Shown piece after piece: positions 52,681 to 64,000 of a stretch of DNA of 64,000 bases. The notes below the pieces were generated by a model, which saw nothing but the letters and a program-made list of their open reading frames with translations, did no database searches and was not told the DNA's origin. How positions within the stretch are numbered: position 1 is the first letter of the stretch; each line of letters starts with the position of its first letter. Origin of the DNA: Lama glama. Its lineage: Eukaryota. Location: the NCBI GenBank assembly GCA_028534125.1, contig CM052817.1:104162001-104226000 (forward strand), given 5' to 3'. Made by a program: the position numbers and the translations under genes.

Positions 52681-55552
52681 CAGTATAATTCCTTTCCTTT
52701 CCATGAAACACACTGTCTAGTGTTTGAGGCTCCATCATTTGGTCATTCACTCACTCACTCATCTATTCAACAAAGAGGCATTGAGTCCTAAGGTCCTGGG
52801 AGCATTCTGGCACTGGGGGAGGGAGCGTTCTGCACGTAGACCAGTTCCTCACATCCCACCACGCTGGGGAAGAGGGATTCCACCGAGTCTGATTACGGAG
52901 GTCAGAAGTAGTCTTGCAGGGAGGTAGAACTTTTTCACTATCCGCGAGAACTTACAGATACTGAGAACTGACTATTTCAGTCTGGGGATAAAAGGGATGG
53001 GGTGCTGGTCCATGAGGCAGAAGTGCTCCTGAACCGCTCGGGTGTTCAGTCAGGTGGGAAGAGGGCTTAGGGGGAAATATTCTAGAGGAGATTCAGCTTC
53101 CACATGGGGGGACAATCAGGTTCCTTTTCCTTCCGAGTCTGCTTAGCTCTGTTTTGAAATGTGCCCCCCCCCAGGCATGACTGATCTATTATGAAGCAGT
53201 TAGTGGACGATTCAGTGTGGGTCCCGGGTGGCCTCACTGGCCCCAGGAGCCTCCAGGACCCACAGGAGAACAGTATAATCAGACTCTTCACTCAGGTAGC
53301 TGGATGCACAGCTCATCCGTGGTATCAATCACGGTATTTTCAAGACAGTCAAAATAGAGGTGCACAACTTACTAAAACTTTTCAAGCTAGTAGGCTTACC
53401 CCAGAGGATCCTTTTTAAAGCACCTACTGTGCACCTAACGCCATGAAGACATGTGAACAGAACCTGGAAAGGTGTCATCCGTTAGGGTGATGACATCACC
53501 ATGCCATGGTGATGTCTGGCGCGGGAGGCTCGGTCCCTCTGACGCTTGGACTGAGTCCCACTGAGCCCTGCACTGTCCTGATTATTGCCCTCCTCTCTGC
53601 CAAATGTCACTTTGGTGAAGTGATTCAGCGAAAAACGGACTTCTTTGACTAAAAGTCCTGTTTATTTAAGTAGAGTTTGTACAGCTCAGATTATTTTGAC
53701 ACTGTGCTTGTTGCCATTCTCCTTAATTCTTCCCCCAGACTGAGTAATTTCAGTTCATTGAATGGCCTCATTTCGTCTCCCACTTCATTTTCCACTCACA
53801 TCTACATCTTCTCCCTAAATGATAAATGGATTGATTGGTAAGTGACATGGCGTCAAGTTCACGGAAACATCCTGCGTTTCTGTTTCACGCCATTCGGTTT
53901 GCTCCGTCGCCCATCCAGATGGACGGCGACATATGCCCCTTTTATCACAAAAGATAAATAATGAAAAGACGAACTTACAGTCTGAGGAAAATCATTTTCA
54001 CTTTTACGTTCAATCCAATTTGGGTTTCTGTAAAAGGGACTGTTAAGTATTCCTGTTATCTGTCACCTACCAGCTTTATTGTTGAGCATCAATACCCCAA
54101 AAAGCGTTATTTATTCCCTGAAATCTATCACCACGCTGACGGAGCTCTCTTTGAACATATTTTAAAGCATTTTTTATTCCAGCACATAATTTGCTGGAAC
54201 TTGTTTCCATAGAAAACATACTGAGTTTCACAACGCTGCTCTTATTTTTTTCTTACTTGAAATGGTACTCTGAGATACTGAGCTTAGCACAAGACACGAA
54301 TGTGCAAACAGCCGGTTGGTTTCCCAGCTGTGCTTGTGGGAAGCGGGGATTCGATCCCATGCCTTTGGCAGGACGCATGCGCCAGTCCTCTCTCCGGAAC
54401 GCACCCGCGCTCTCCACTTTCTTGTTGAAGCCTTGGAGAAGCGGGTGATCGCTCTGAAGAGCACTTGCCTAACCTGCCCCAGTGGGTCTCTGCTGAGAAT
54501 GAACCCCAGCCGTGTGCCTGTGGCCAGCTGCCTCTCCTTTGTGAGCTGCAGATCCAGGTTCTTCCCAGGACCCCTGAATCCTGCAGACCACGCTCTGCCA
54601 CAGAGCCATCTTCGGAGGGTGGCTTTGCGCAGGCCAGCGAGGGAATCAAGCTTAGTCCTCCTAATGAATGCTCTGGGGCTAGACGTGGTGGATTGAGAGA
54701 AACACTTCCTGAGCCACGAAGTCTTTTTTATTTTGTTGAATTTTATTTTTCCAGGGCTGATTTCACTTCAGAGCTGTTTGTGGCTGAGGGGCGGATGGAA
54801 GAGAAGTGGTGCTGAGTGAGAGAAGAAGTGACTGCCCAGTATTAGGATTTGGGTGTTTACATCGACAATTCCGGGCTTCTCTTAAGTGCAAATAATGCAG
54901 TGTGTCCAACTGGGCAGGGAGCCCTGGGACTATTGGAAAGCAGAAAGCCTTTATTAGGTGCTTGGCATAGAGTAAGAGCACAGCAAATACTGGCCAGGTG
55001 TAATGGTGCTTTTGATTGATGCTTTTGTGTGCGTTACATTCTCTAGTATTTAGACGTTGACTTTTTTCTGTATTTTAGGGAAAAACATAATGCCCGATAG
55101 TAATCATTGTCTTTGCAACAGTCGTAAAATGTTTCCAAATGCTGAATTTGGAAATTGCCTGGGTAGAAATGTAAGTCTAAAATTTTGCCTCTCACTTTCT
55201 TTATTTTTGCCCTGTTTGCATAATGGGAGTATCTTTAAGCAGGCATTAAAATGCCTTCCAAAAAAGCAAAACAAGACTTTCATTTTTCCTGGGTACATAA
55301 GGTATAGTGAATAGGGTCCAAGGAGCATACAAGAGGTTATTTATGAATCAAGGATTCTTACGGAGATGGATGCAAGGAGCCTTGAACTTGATGCTCTGAT
55401 CAGGGGAATTCTCACAGCAAATGAATCCTTACAATAGCAAATGTCACTGGGATGAAAGACATGTTCAGCCACGCTAGTGGGACTCTTATGCATACTTAAT
55501 GGGTATCCCATCAAAAAGAAACTTACTCTAAGACCTGTTCAGGAATGACCAC

Positions 55553-55919
55553 TGTGATGGTTAATTTTATGAGTCGAATTGGAGGCTGTATTTGAATGAG
55601 ACTAACATTTAAATTGGTAAGCGGAATGCTCTCCAGAATGCAGGTGGGCCTCGTGCAAGCAGCTGAAGGCCAGAATAGAATGAAAATATTAGACTCCTCA
55701 AACAAGAGGCAGTTCTCTTCAACCTTATCTGCAATATCTGCTCACCTGGGTCTCAGCCTATCAGCCCAGCTTGCAGATTTTGGATTTCCCAGCCTTCATA
55801 ATTTTATGAACCAATTCCTTCTTAAAAAAAAACTTTTTATGTATATTAATGCACTGTGCATATTTATGCATATTATATGTGTATAGTATGTATATGTGCA
55901 TTTTTTATATATATATATG

Positions 55920-55956
<37 letters not shown>

Positions 55957-55992
55957 CTTATTGGTTCCCTTTCTCTAGAGAACTATAATACA
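55553..55992 (+). mobile_element. MLT2 (ERVL) solo LTR with internal (CA)n at ~55923-55953
   Basis: tgtgatggttaattttatgagtc...cttgcagattttggatttcccagccttcataat...cttattggttccctttctctagagaactataataca. Confidence 0.9.
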
Positions 55993-56321
55993 TATGACCA
56001 CCAAGAGCCTTTGACTTTGAATTGTACGCTTTGTTGCGTTAGTTGAAGGAAGGAATGAGGGGCAACTAGCTGGGTGATCTAGCAGAAAAGGAGCGAGCAG
56101 GGAAAACATGGGCAGCTGTGGAGTTAAGCATTGCTATGGTAATGTTTTGAGTGTGCTAGTTATGCAAATTGCCAAAGTGATTTGCATTTCTGAAAACATG
56201 TCTTCAAAGTTAAAAATAAATGGGCCAGGAGGCATGCAGAGCACAATGAGGTCAAGTATTGATCCCTGATCACTTATTTCCCCTTCCTTCTTCTCACTGC
56301 TGACCTGCTCCCAACTCATCT

Positions 56322-56840
56322 TGTTACCGAGTCCACACTCATTCTGCTCACTGCATGACAGACAGGCCAGTAAATCGGGAGACAAGGTGTAGGGGCAAGG
56401 AATAACGACTTTATTTGGAAAGCCAGCAGACCAAGAAGATGGGGGACTCATGTCTTAGACAACCATCTTCCCCAAGTCAGAATTCAGGCTCCTTTTATAC
56501 TAAAAAGGGGACGGGGTGTGGTTGGTTGTTGCAAAATTCTTGGTGTCTGGATCCTTTGTTCTTGCAGCTGTCCTTGTAGGTCAGGTCATGGTGTCCCTGC
56601 AAACCTCCAACGAGGCAAATGTTATTCTGTTCTGCAACTTTTTACCTCTACATGAGTGGAAACGTATTAGACCCTTAAAGGTCAGAGCCTTGAGAATGGG
56701 CTCTTCTGTCTATGTCAGGCTCTAGGCACCATTTATTTACAGAAGGTGCAGAACCAGCATGACTGAGCCCAGGAAACAGAGCCCAGGGTTAGAGCTGAAG
56801 GGACAGATCTAATGTGGAGTCTTTATTCTTCCCTATTACA
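56322..56840 (-). mobile_element. ERV1-class solo LTR, 519 bp (possibly MER41-like group)
   Basis: TGT...ACA termini, perfect 4-bp TSD ATCT (56318-56321 / 56841-56844), reverse AATAAA near 56410 and reverse TATAAAA near 56493. Confidence 0.9.
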
Positions 56841-57329
56841 ATCTCTGTCAAGGACCATGCTTGACTCTGTCCACAGGTTAACTCTTTAAAAGATAATTTG
56901 ATGATATCACTCTTCCTCTTAAGTGATGCCGAAGACTTCTCACTGCCTTCCTGGTAAATCTCATTTCCTAGTCATGGTACACAAGGTCCTTTAATGATCT
57001 GATTCTGAAGACATTTCTCCTTCCAAGTCCTAGGGTCATTTCAGTCTGATTGCTGTGAACTTCTTGATCTACTGATCACCACCTGAATTTACACCCATGC
57101 TGGGATTTCCCTCTCTACCCTGGATGTTCTTTTCCTGTTCTTTGGTGGTTGAATTTTCCAGTCCAACTAAAAAGGGAACTCAGCTGGAAAGTATTTTCCA
57201 TTCCGGAGATGCAGAAAAAGCTCCTCCTTTTTGCTGTCAGAGCACATTTTATGACATGTCTGCGATCATGCCATCCCACCACTTTTTCACAGTCTTTGCT
57301 CCGTGCAAGGCTGACTTCCCTGACACAGC

Positions 57330-57590
57330 AGACAAACCTGGCTTGGAAACTCGGCTGTGCTGTTTGACAGCTGGGTGACACAGAAGGTATTTCCTCGCGA
57401 AGGCCCATTTCCTCATCTGGAAAACCATGAAGATGGTAGGAACGTTAGGAAAATTCAGTGTTTTAATACATGAAAGTATTTAGAACAGTGCCTGGCAGAA
57501 AAAAAGAGCTCTAAAATATTGGCTTTAATTCATGTATCTATTGATTCAAGAAACATTTATTGAGTACCTGTTGTGGGTCAGGCATTGTTT
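57330..57590 (+). mobile_element. MIR followed by an L2 3'-end fragment in the opposite orientation
   Basis: catttcctcatctggaaaac...aagtatttagaacagtgcctggca; attcaagaaacatttattgagtacctgttgtgggtcaggcattg. Confidence 0.7.
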
Positions 57591-57636
57591 ATCACCATCA
57601 CCCTTATTATTACTCAGTTCACATGCACTTAAAAAA

Positions 57637-57855
57637 ATTATTGAAGTGTGGTTGATTTACAATATTAATTTCAGGTGTACAGCAAAGTGATTCAGTTACA
57701 CATATACACACATGTATATATTTTCTTTTCAGATTCTTTTCCTTTGTATGTTATTACAAGAAATTGAATATAGTTCCCTGTGCTATACAGTCGGTTCTTG
57801 TTTTTAATCTATTTTATAAATAGTAATGTGTATCTGTTAGTCCCCATTCCCTAAT
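57637..57855 (-). mobile_element. L1 3' UTR end
   Basis: ttattgaagtgtggttgatttacaat...tcaggtgtacagcaaagtgattcag...atagttccctgtgctatacag. Confidence 0.88.
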
Positions 57856-58869
57856 GATGAACATCTAGCTCTATAAATGTCACATAGATGTTCATTACAT
57901 GTTTATCAACATAAGAATTGCTTTGGTCATTAGGCTTCGCCACGGGGAAAACTGAGCGCTCAGTTTCCATTCTATTTATTAGGCAAAAAGATACCACCTA
58001 TAGCTGTGAAAAACATGTTTTATCCCCAATGCTGTTTTCCTTAATGGTTCAGAATTTAAATAGCCTAATTAAGATAAAATAATATCTTTTTTGTAGGCAA
58101 AATAACTAGGTTTGTGAAGACAACACGTTATGAAATTACACTGGGAGCACCAATTTATAAATGGTATGATTATGCATTTTTGTCTTAATGTAATATAGCC
58201 AATTTGAGTAGAATTAGATACAAATTTTAACCTTTGAAATATTAATAATCTCAACTTTTTGCAAAAAAATCAATAAAGTTTGCAAGAGCAACGTATTGTA
58301 ATGTTAGCTGTTAATAATGACAACCTCGAATGCCAAATATGCTCAGATTTTATAATGTTTATGTTATTGTGTCTAGCAGCTCTCAATCTCTGGTGTATGA
58401 TATATTACATTGAAAATTGTGAGAAATACAAATGAAAGCATGTCCTTTCCCACATCAAGATAATGCATACATACTTAGGTATCAAATTCAGGACCTGTGA
58501 GGTGAGTTGGCCACAGTCTGTCTCAAGCCAACTTTGCTGTAACTCATCCCGTTAGTCATTCAGAAAATGAGTAGCAAAGCAGGCTCACTGCTAGTGCTCC
58601 GATGGTGTGGTTTTTCAGATACCCAAACCTACCCACGGGGGGCTCATTGGCAGAGATCAACCTGGTTTAACCGTACGGTGTTACAGTCTTTTCAGGCTAA
58701 CAGTGCAGCTTGTATAAATCCAGAGCTATTTTAGAGGTGAACATGTCAACTCTTCTGGTAAAAATGTCATATACAGTAGGGGTGGAGCCAAGAAAGGGAC
58801 AGATCTGGGTCCTTAATGCTTCCATTTGGAACTGTTTTAGAATTTTACTGTCTCATTGCCTTAAAAGAG

Positions 58870-59070
58870 GGCACTGCAGCCTAGTCATGAAGAGCCCAAT
58901 TTCTGGGACCAGTCTGCCCAAGTTCGGTTCTATTAAACGTACTCTCCGTGGCTCAGATTTCTAATCTGTGCAAAGAGGATGCTGAAATGAACTGTCGCTC
59001 CTAGGGTAGTCATGAGGGTTCAGGGGGTTGATTTAGGTAAAATACGTAGCATGGTGCACGTCTACTCCCG
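58870..59070 (+). mobile_element. MIR SINE (diverged)
   Basis: ctctccgtggctcagatttctaatctgtgcaaagaggatgctga. Confidence 0.55.
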
Positions 59071-59784
59071 GACAAGAGAGGTCCTTTCCACCTTTGAATG
59101 GAGAGCTTAGACTCTCCAGAGTTGGAAACAAAACCACATCCTTCCCACGTGCCTCCCACTGGCCTGTCAGCAGCTCTGGCTGCGTCCCGTCCATCATCCC
59201 CCACGTTCCAGTTCACAGAGGCACTTTGTAAGTGCCTGTCCTTGCTCGTGTGTTTTCAGTCAAGTGAAAATCAAATACTGGTGCTCCATGCCTTTTCAGT
59301 TCATAGACATAGTTCTTAAACTTGAATGGAATCCTTGCCCTGTAGCACCAGAGCAAAACTATCAATAATTTGCACTGAAGACTGAATTTTTATTTAATTT
59401 TACCTAAAAGCAGTTGGATGCTAACTCTGTGCCAGGCGCTGCGTTGTTGGGCACTGCTGGTACAAGAATGATACCGGCCTGATCTCAACCCGAGATGAGC
59501 TCAAACTCGATCATTTAAATGCAGTGCTTCTGAATCAAAAGTAGGAGGCAATGGGAATTTTGGCATGTTGGGGAGATTCGGAAGAAGTCACAGCTGTGAC
59601 GGATTTGACATGGAAGGCAGGGATGACCTGAAGGTGCTGGTCCATGGCGAGGGTTAGAGAGGAGAGAGATCACAGCAGGGGGAGGCCCAGGATGAGAAAC
59701 TGAGAATTCCGATTTACCTGATTTATCACCTTTTTTTGGACTTGCAATCCTAGAAAAGAGGGTTCGGGGATTATCTTAACTTGG

Positions 59785-59940
59785 AGGTTCTCAAAATGTG
59801 GTCCAGGACCTGCCACATCAGTGTCACTTGGGAACTTGTTAGAGAGGCACATTCTTGGGCCAAATTTCAGGCCCTGTGAGTCAGAAACTCTGAGGGGTGG
59901 AGTCCAGCAGTCTAGTTTTCACAAGCCTTTCAGGTGGAAC
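59785..59940. mobile_element. MER5A hAT-Charlie DNA transposon fossil
   Basis: ggttctcaaaatgtggtcc...catcagtgtcacttgggaacttgttagaga...tcagaaactctgaggggtggagtccagcagtctagttttcacaagcc. Confidence 0.88.
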
Positions 59941-60317
59941 CTCTTTCATAACCCAGCCGGGCTGTATGCAGACAGTCATTCCCATTCAGTGCTTATTAGG
60001 TTTAACTAATGAAACAATTTAAAAACTGTCATTGTGATCTCTAAGTGACTGCTGCAGAGGGAAGTCATCTGTTTCTCCTAGTCCTGAAGATAAAGGAGCA
60101 GTTATCTCCTGTTCTCTTGTTAGTGATAAAGAAGACCTCAATAGGCAGCTAAGGATACAAAGCAGTTCAGGAATTATCTGCAGGAACACAGACTACAGAT
60201 ATTCAGGGAAAGTGACAATAACCACGGAGCGGGTGACTGCGGGCAGAGGCAGACATGGAACTTAGGGGAGGTGGGTGGTCCCGTTCTAGCTCTGGTTCCT
60301 CGACAAGTCTCCTGATG

Positions 60318-60705
60318 ATTTATTGCTGAGCAACGAAACACCCTCAAACTTGGCGGCCTAACGCAACAGTGTTTTAGTGTCATCATTCTGGGTTTGCTGG
60401 GCTCAGCTGGGAGGTTCTTGCCTGGGGTCTTGTCTTAGGGGTGCAGCCTGATTGCAGCTGGCAGAGTTCTCCAAGTCTGAGGAGGTGGGATTCAGTGACG
60501 GGATTCGGTGAGCCCATCTTCGCTTACAGGTGGTGGCCTCATCCTCTCTGCCCTCAGGGCTTCGGCGTCTCCACATGACTTGGGCTTCTCACCGCAGCAT
60601 GGGCTCAGAGGTCAGGGCGGTTGCAGGTCAAGTCCTGATTCGAGGGGAGGGAAGACACAGGTGTGAGTCCTTGGAGGGCCATCTGTTGGAGACTAAGGAC
60701 CACAA
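60318..60705 (-). mobile_element. MaLR LTR (MLT1 family)
   Basis: tattgctgagcaacgaaacaccctcaaacttggcggcctaacgcaaca...ctgggctcagctggg...ggccatctgttggagac. Confidence 0.75.
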
Positions 60706-61295
60706 GCCACTGACAATCTCTGGAAAATGTTGAATGTGGCCTGAATAATCTCTGGAATATTCTGGCATATAGCTGCACCTTTCTGTGACCTATAAACCTT
60801 CCCTCCATAAATTGTAATTCACCAAGGAGAAAGTAACACATATCTAAAGTGGGAATCAATTTTCTTTTCCCATGGAGATTGGTTTTCAATCGGTTAACAG
60901 CACGGTTAACAGTAAAAAAAAAAAAATAAGAGAAATTTCTTTTCAGGTTATAAAGCCACTAGCAACCTCTGAGAAAAATATATCCTTATTTTGATGAAGT
61001 ATCTTTGCTTTCATTTTACCTCTATAATTAGAGCACACTGATTTCCCAAGCTACATCACAAATGATGATACAGACCCAATGCGTTTGTGTATGTAAATTT
61101 CTTACAGTCAGTAATACCTTATAATTTCATTTTAGTGGTTTGGGGGGGAGCTTTTATCCCATTAAAATCATTATTCCTTGAAAGAATAATGGTTCTATTC
61201 TGACCCAGATGTTTTGAAATATAAAGTTCTGTAGAGAAATACAGTGCCCTCTAGTAAATCCTGATGAGTGGAAATAAATGTGGATTTTCTTAGAC

Positions 61296-62032
61296 TTTTT
61301 TTTAAATTTTATTTTATTGAGTTATAGTCAGTTTACAATGTTGTGTCAATTTCCAGTGTAGAGCACAATTTTTTAGTTACACATGAACATACATATATTC
61401 ATTGTCACATACTTTTTCACTGTGAGTTACCACAAGATCTTGTACATATTTCCCTGTGCTATACAGTATAATCTTGTTTATCTTTTCTATATATACCTGC
61501 CAGTATCTACAGATTTCAAACTCCCTGTCTGTCCCTTCCCATCCTCCCTCCCCTATGGCAATCACAAGTTTGTATTCTATGTCTATGAGTCTGTTTCTGC
61601 TTTGTATTATGTTCATTTGTCTTTTTCTTTTCTTTCTTTTTCTTTTTCTTTTTTTCTTTTTTTTAGATTCCACATATGAGTGATCTCATATGGTATTTTT
61701 CTTTCTCTTTCTGGCTTACTTCACTTAGAATGACATTCTCCAGGGACATCCATGTTGCTGCAAATGGCATTATATTGTCATTTTTATGGCTGAATAGTAT
61801 TCCATTGTATAAAAATACCACATCCTCTTTATCCAGTCATCTGTCGATGGACATTAAGGCTGTTTCCATGTCTTGGCTATTGTAAATAGTATTGCTATGA
61901 ACATTGGGGTGCAGGTGTCTTTTTGAAGTAGGGTTCCTTCTGGGTTATGCCCAGAAGCAGGATTACTGGGTCCTATGGTAAGTCTATTCCTAGTCTTTTG
62001 AGGAATCTCCATACTGTTTTCCACAGTGGCTG
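61296..62032 (-). mobile_element. Young lineage-specific L1 3' end running into the gap
   Basis: 3' UTR plus ORF2 C-terminus in reverse, apparently little diverged; cut off by N run. Confidence 0.95.
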
Positions 62033-62532
62033 NNNNNNNNNNNNNNNNNNNNNNNNNNNNNNNNNNNNNNNNNNNNNNNNNNNNNNNNNNNNNNNNNNNN
62101 NNNNNNNNNNNNNNNNNNNNNNNNNNNNNNNNNNNNNNNNNNNNNNNNNNNNNNNNNNNNNNNNNNNNNNNNNNNNNNNNNNNNNNNNNNNNNNNNNNNN
62201 NNNNNNNNNNNNNNNNNNNNNNNNNNNNNNNNNNNNNNNNNNNNNNNNNNNNNNNNNNNNNNNNNNNNNNNNNNNNNNNNNNNNNNNNNNNNNNNNNNNN
62301 NNNNNNNNNNNNNNNNNNNNNNNNNNNNNNNNNNNNNNNNNNNNNNNNNNNNNNNNNNNNNNNNNNNNNNNNNNNNNNNNNNNNNNNNNNNNNNNNNNNN
62401 NNNNNNNNNNNNNNNNNNNNNNNNNNNNNNNNNNNNNNNNNNNNNNNNNNNNNNNNNNNNNNNNNNNNNNNNNNNNNNNNNNNNNNNNNNNNNNNNNNNN
62501 NNNNNNNNNNNNNNNNNNNNNNNNNNNNNNNN
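62033..62532. other. Assembly gap, 500 N
   Basis: Run of N. Confidence 1.
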
Positions 62533-62597
62533 ATAATTATTAATAATTATATATTATATAATATAATTTTATAATTATTATAATTATTATTATTATG
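62533..62597. repeat. AT-rich (ATT/AAT)n low-complexity tract
   Basis: Directly visible. Confidence 0.9.
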
Positions 62598-63699
62598 AAT
62601 TATGAGCTGCCTTCTGAGACAAGAATGCTGAAGGAACCAGTATATCCATTTTGTTCTTTTTTGCGGGGGAAGGAAAATCTCCACCACATAAACACAGTTC
62701 CACATTGGGAAGGTGGCAACAGTGGATGGTGTAGAATCCAAAAGAATGAATGAATGAAAACAAGGAGGAAGCTAATTTGAGAGGAAATGCTTCCAATCTG
62801 TTATAAGGGAGAGTTTTCTATCAAACAGAACTTTCCAGAATAGATCTGGGGAGGTGAAGAATGCTCCCCTTGTGTAACCACCGGGAGGGGAAAATAGGAG
62901 AAGGTGTCTGGCTTGCGAGGCTGTTGGTGGGGATGGATTTCCCTTCAATTTCCCCAAAGCCGTGTATCCACCGTCACCATCCACTTCCGCGTCCGGGTGC
63001 GAATGTTTATGTCTCTCTGCCCAGGTAATGACGCGCCTGTTCCCCCAGCTCAGGCTCTCGGGAGCGCTGCTTGTCAGTATGTGCAGCACAAGGTCAGGGA
63101 GCTGCCCAAGAGGCTTACAGGACAATTGTCTTACAGCGTTGATGTGAGTCTTAACAGGAGTTACAACTAGAGAAACACTGGCTTAGCCAGGGGGGCAGGT
63201 TTCCAGAACTTCTGCGTATGAAGGGGGTTGTTAAAACCCCTGGCTAATTTTTTTGCTTTATTGCTTCATACGACTGCACTTTGAGAATGATTCCAAATTG
63301 GCCACAGTGACCCTGACCACCTTGCCAGAGCGATGATGACAGAGCGTTGCAGGTTCACCAACATGTCACAAAGTCAGGCCGTGACTTATGAAAGACAGAG
63401 TAGAAGGCGACAGAAAATAAATATTTTAACATGCTGTTTTATTGTTCACGATGCCAAATACGGTAGTTTTCTGGAAAGAGTATTTCTAGTGTAACCACCA
63501 CTTTACAGCGAATTTCATGTATTGTATATATGACTCTGACCGAAAAGTAAACACAGAAGAAAGTTCTTTGGCTTAAGAAATATAATATGGAAAGAGGCAG
63601 ACAGGTTTGACTTTATTTAATTTCTCTGAGGTATTTCTGAGTATAAGTTAACACCTTTTAAAATTGAATCGTAAATGTAAATAGTAATTTAGAAACTTT

Positions 63700-63845
63700 C
63701 ACGGCGTTTGCTATATGCCAAGCACTGTTTTTTACGTGCTTTGCATTTACTAAATCCTTTCGTCGCCACAACAGTTCTGTGACATAAATTATCTCCTGTC
63801 CACAAATGAGAAAACCGAGACACTTCAGTAAATAACAACTCAGGG
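63700..63845 (-). mobile_element. MIR SINE
   Basis: ctatatgccaagcactgttttttacgtgctttgca...cacaaatgagaaaaccgagacac. Confidence 0.8.
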
Positions 63846-64000
63846 AGCAACCAGAAAACGGAGGGATGTCTGAAAAATCAGTGGTAGGGGGAAATCTGCC
63901 CAATGGGCAGAACTTGGAGGAGTGTATTTTGTTGTCGGCTTAGTCTGGATTGGGAAATCCCCCAAAAGTGTGACACACGGGGACTAAGCGGCGGGACCAT

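Larger units (their letters stand above)
1..64000 (+). other. MARCHF1: Probable intronic region of MARCHF1 containing one alternative first coding exon
   Basis: Inferred from the exon at 39611-39709. I did not find the MLGWCEAIARN exon or the next NEKSPGRSASRSSNISK exon in the window, consistent with the very large introns of this gene. Confidence 0.7.

Noticed and set aside
1..64000. CRISPR arrays, operons, tRNA or rRNA genes, prokaryotic systems
   Set aside because: Mammalian intronic DNA; I saw no regularly spaced repeats, cloverleafs or rRNA similarity.

Overview
AT-rich mammalian genomic DNA, most likely a camelid (inferred from the L1 3'-UTR type and the absence of Alu, B1, Bov-tA/BovB, PRE-1 and CAN SINEs), with two 500-N scaffold gaps. 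The only protein-coding sequence I can support is one + strand exon absent from the ORF track: 39611-39709 encodes MPLHQISVIPAREAASNGRSSMGRNKEKNKEGE, followed by a phase-0 GAG|GTAAGA donor. I recognise it from memory as the alternative, MARCHF8-like N-terminal exon of the E3 ubiquitin ligase MARCHF1 (MARCH1), so the window is probably intronic MARCHF1. The rest is transposable-element debris: young and old L1s, ERV1 solo LTRs with TSDs, MaLR/ERVL LTRs and internal remnants, MIR, L2 and hAT fossils. Best leads are an out-of-frame uORF overlapping the MARCHF1 start, a candidate 12-14 nt exon 1.8 kb upstream bracketed by a duplicated 50-bp motif, a ~330-bp element fusing an L1 5' end to an L1 3' end, a twin-primed inverted L1, an ERVL gag fossil and three local non-tandem duplications. 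I cannot support a wholly new biological system. Repeat family names come from recalled consensus sequences, not a search, and most repeat boundaries are approximate.
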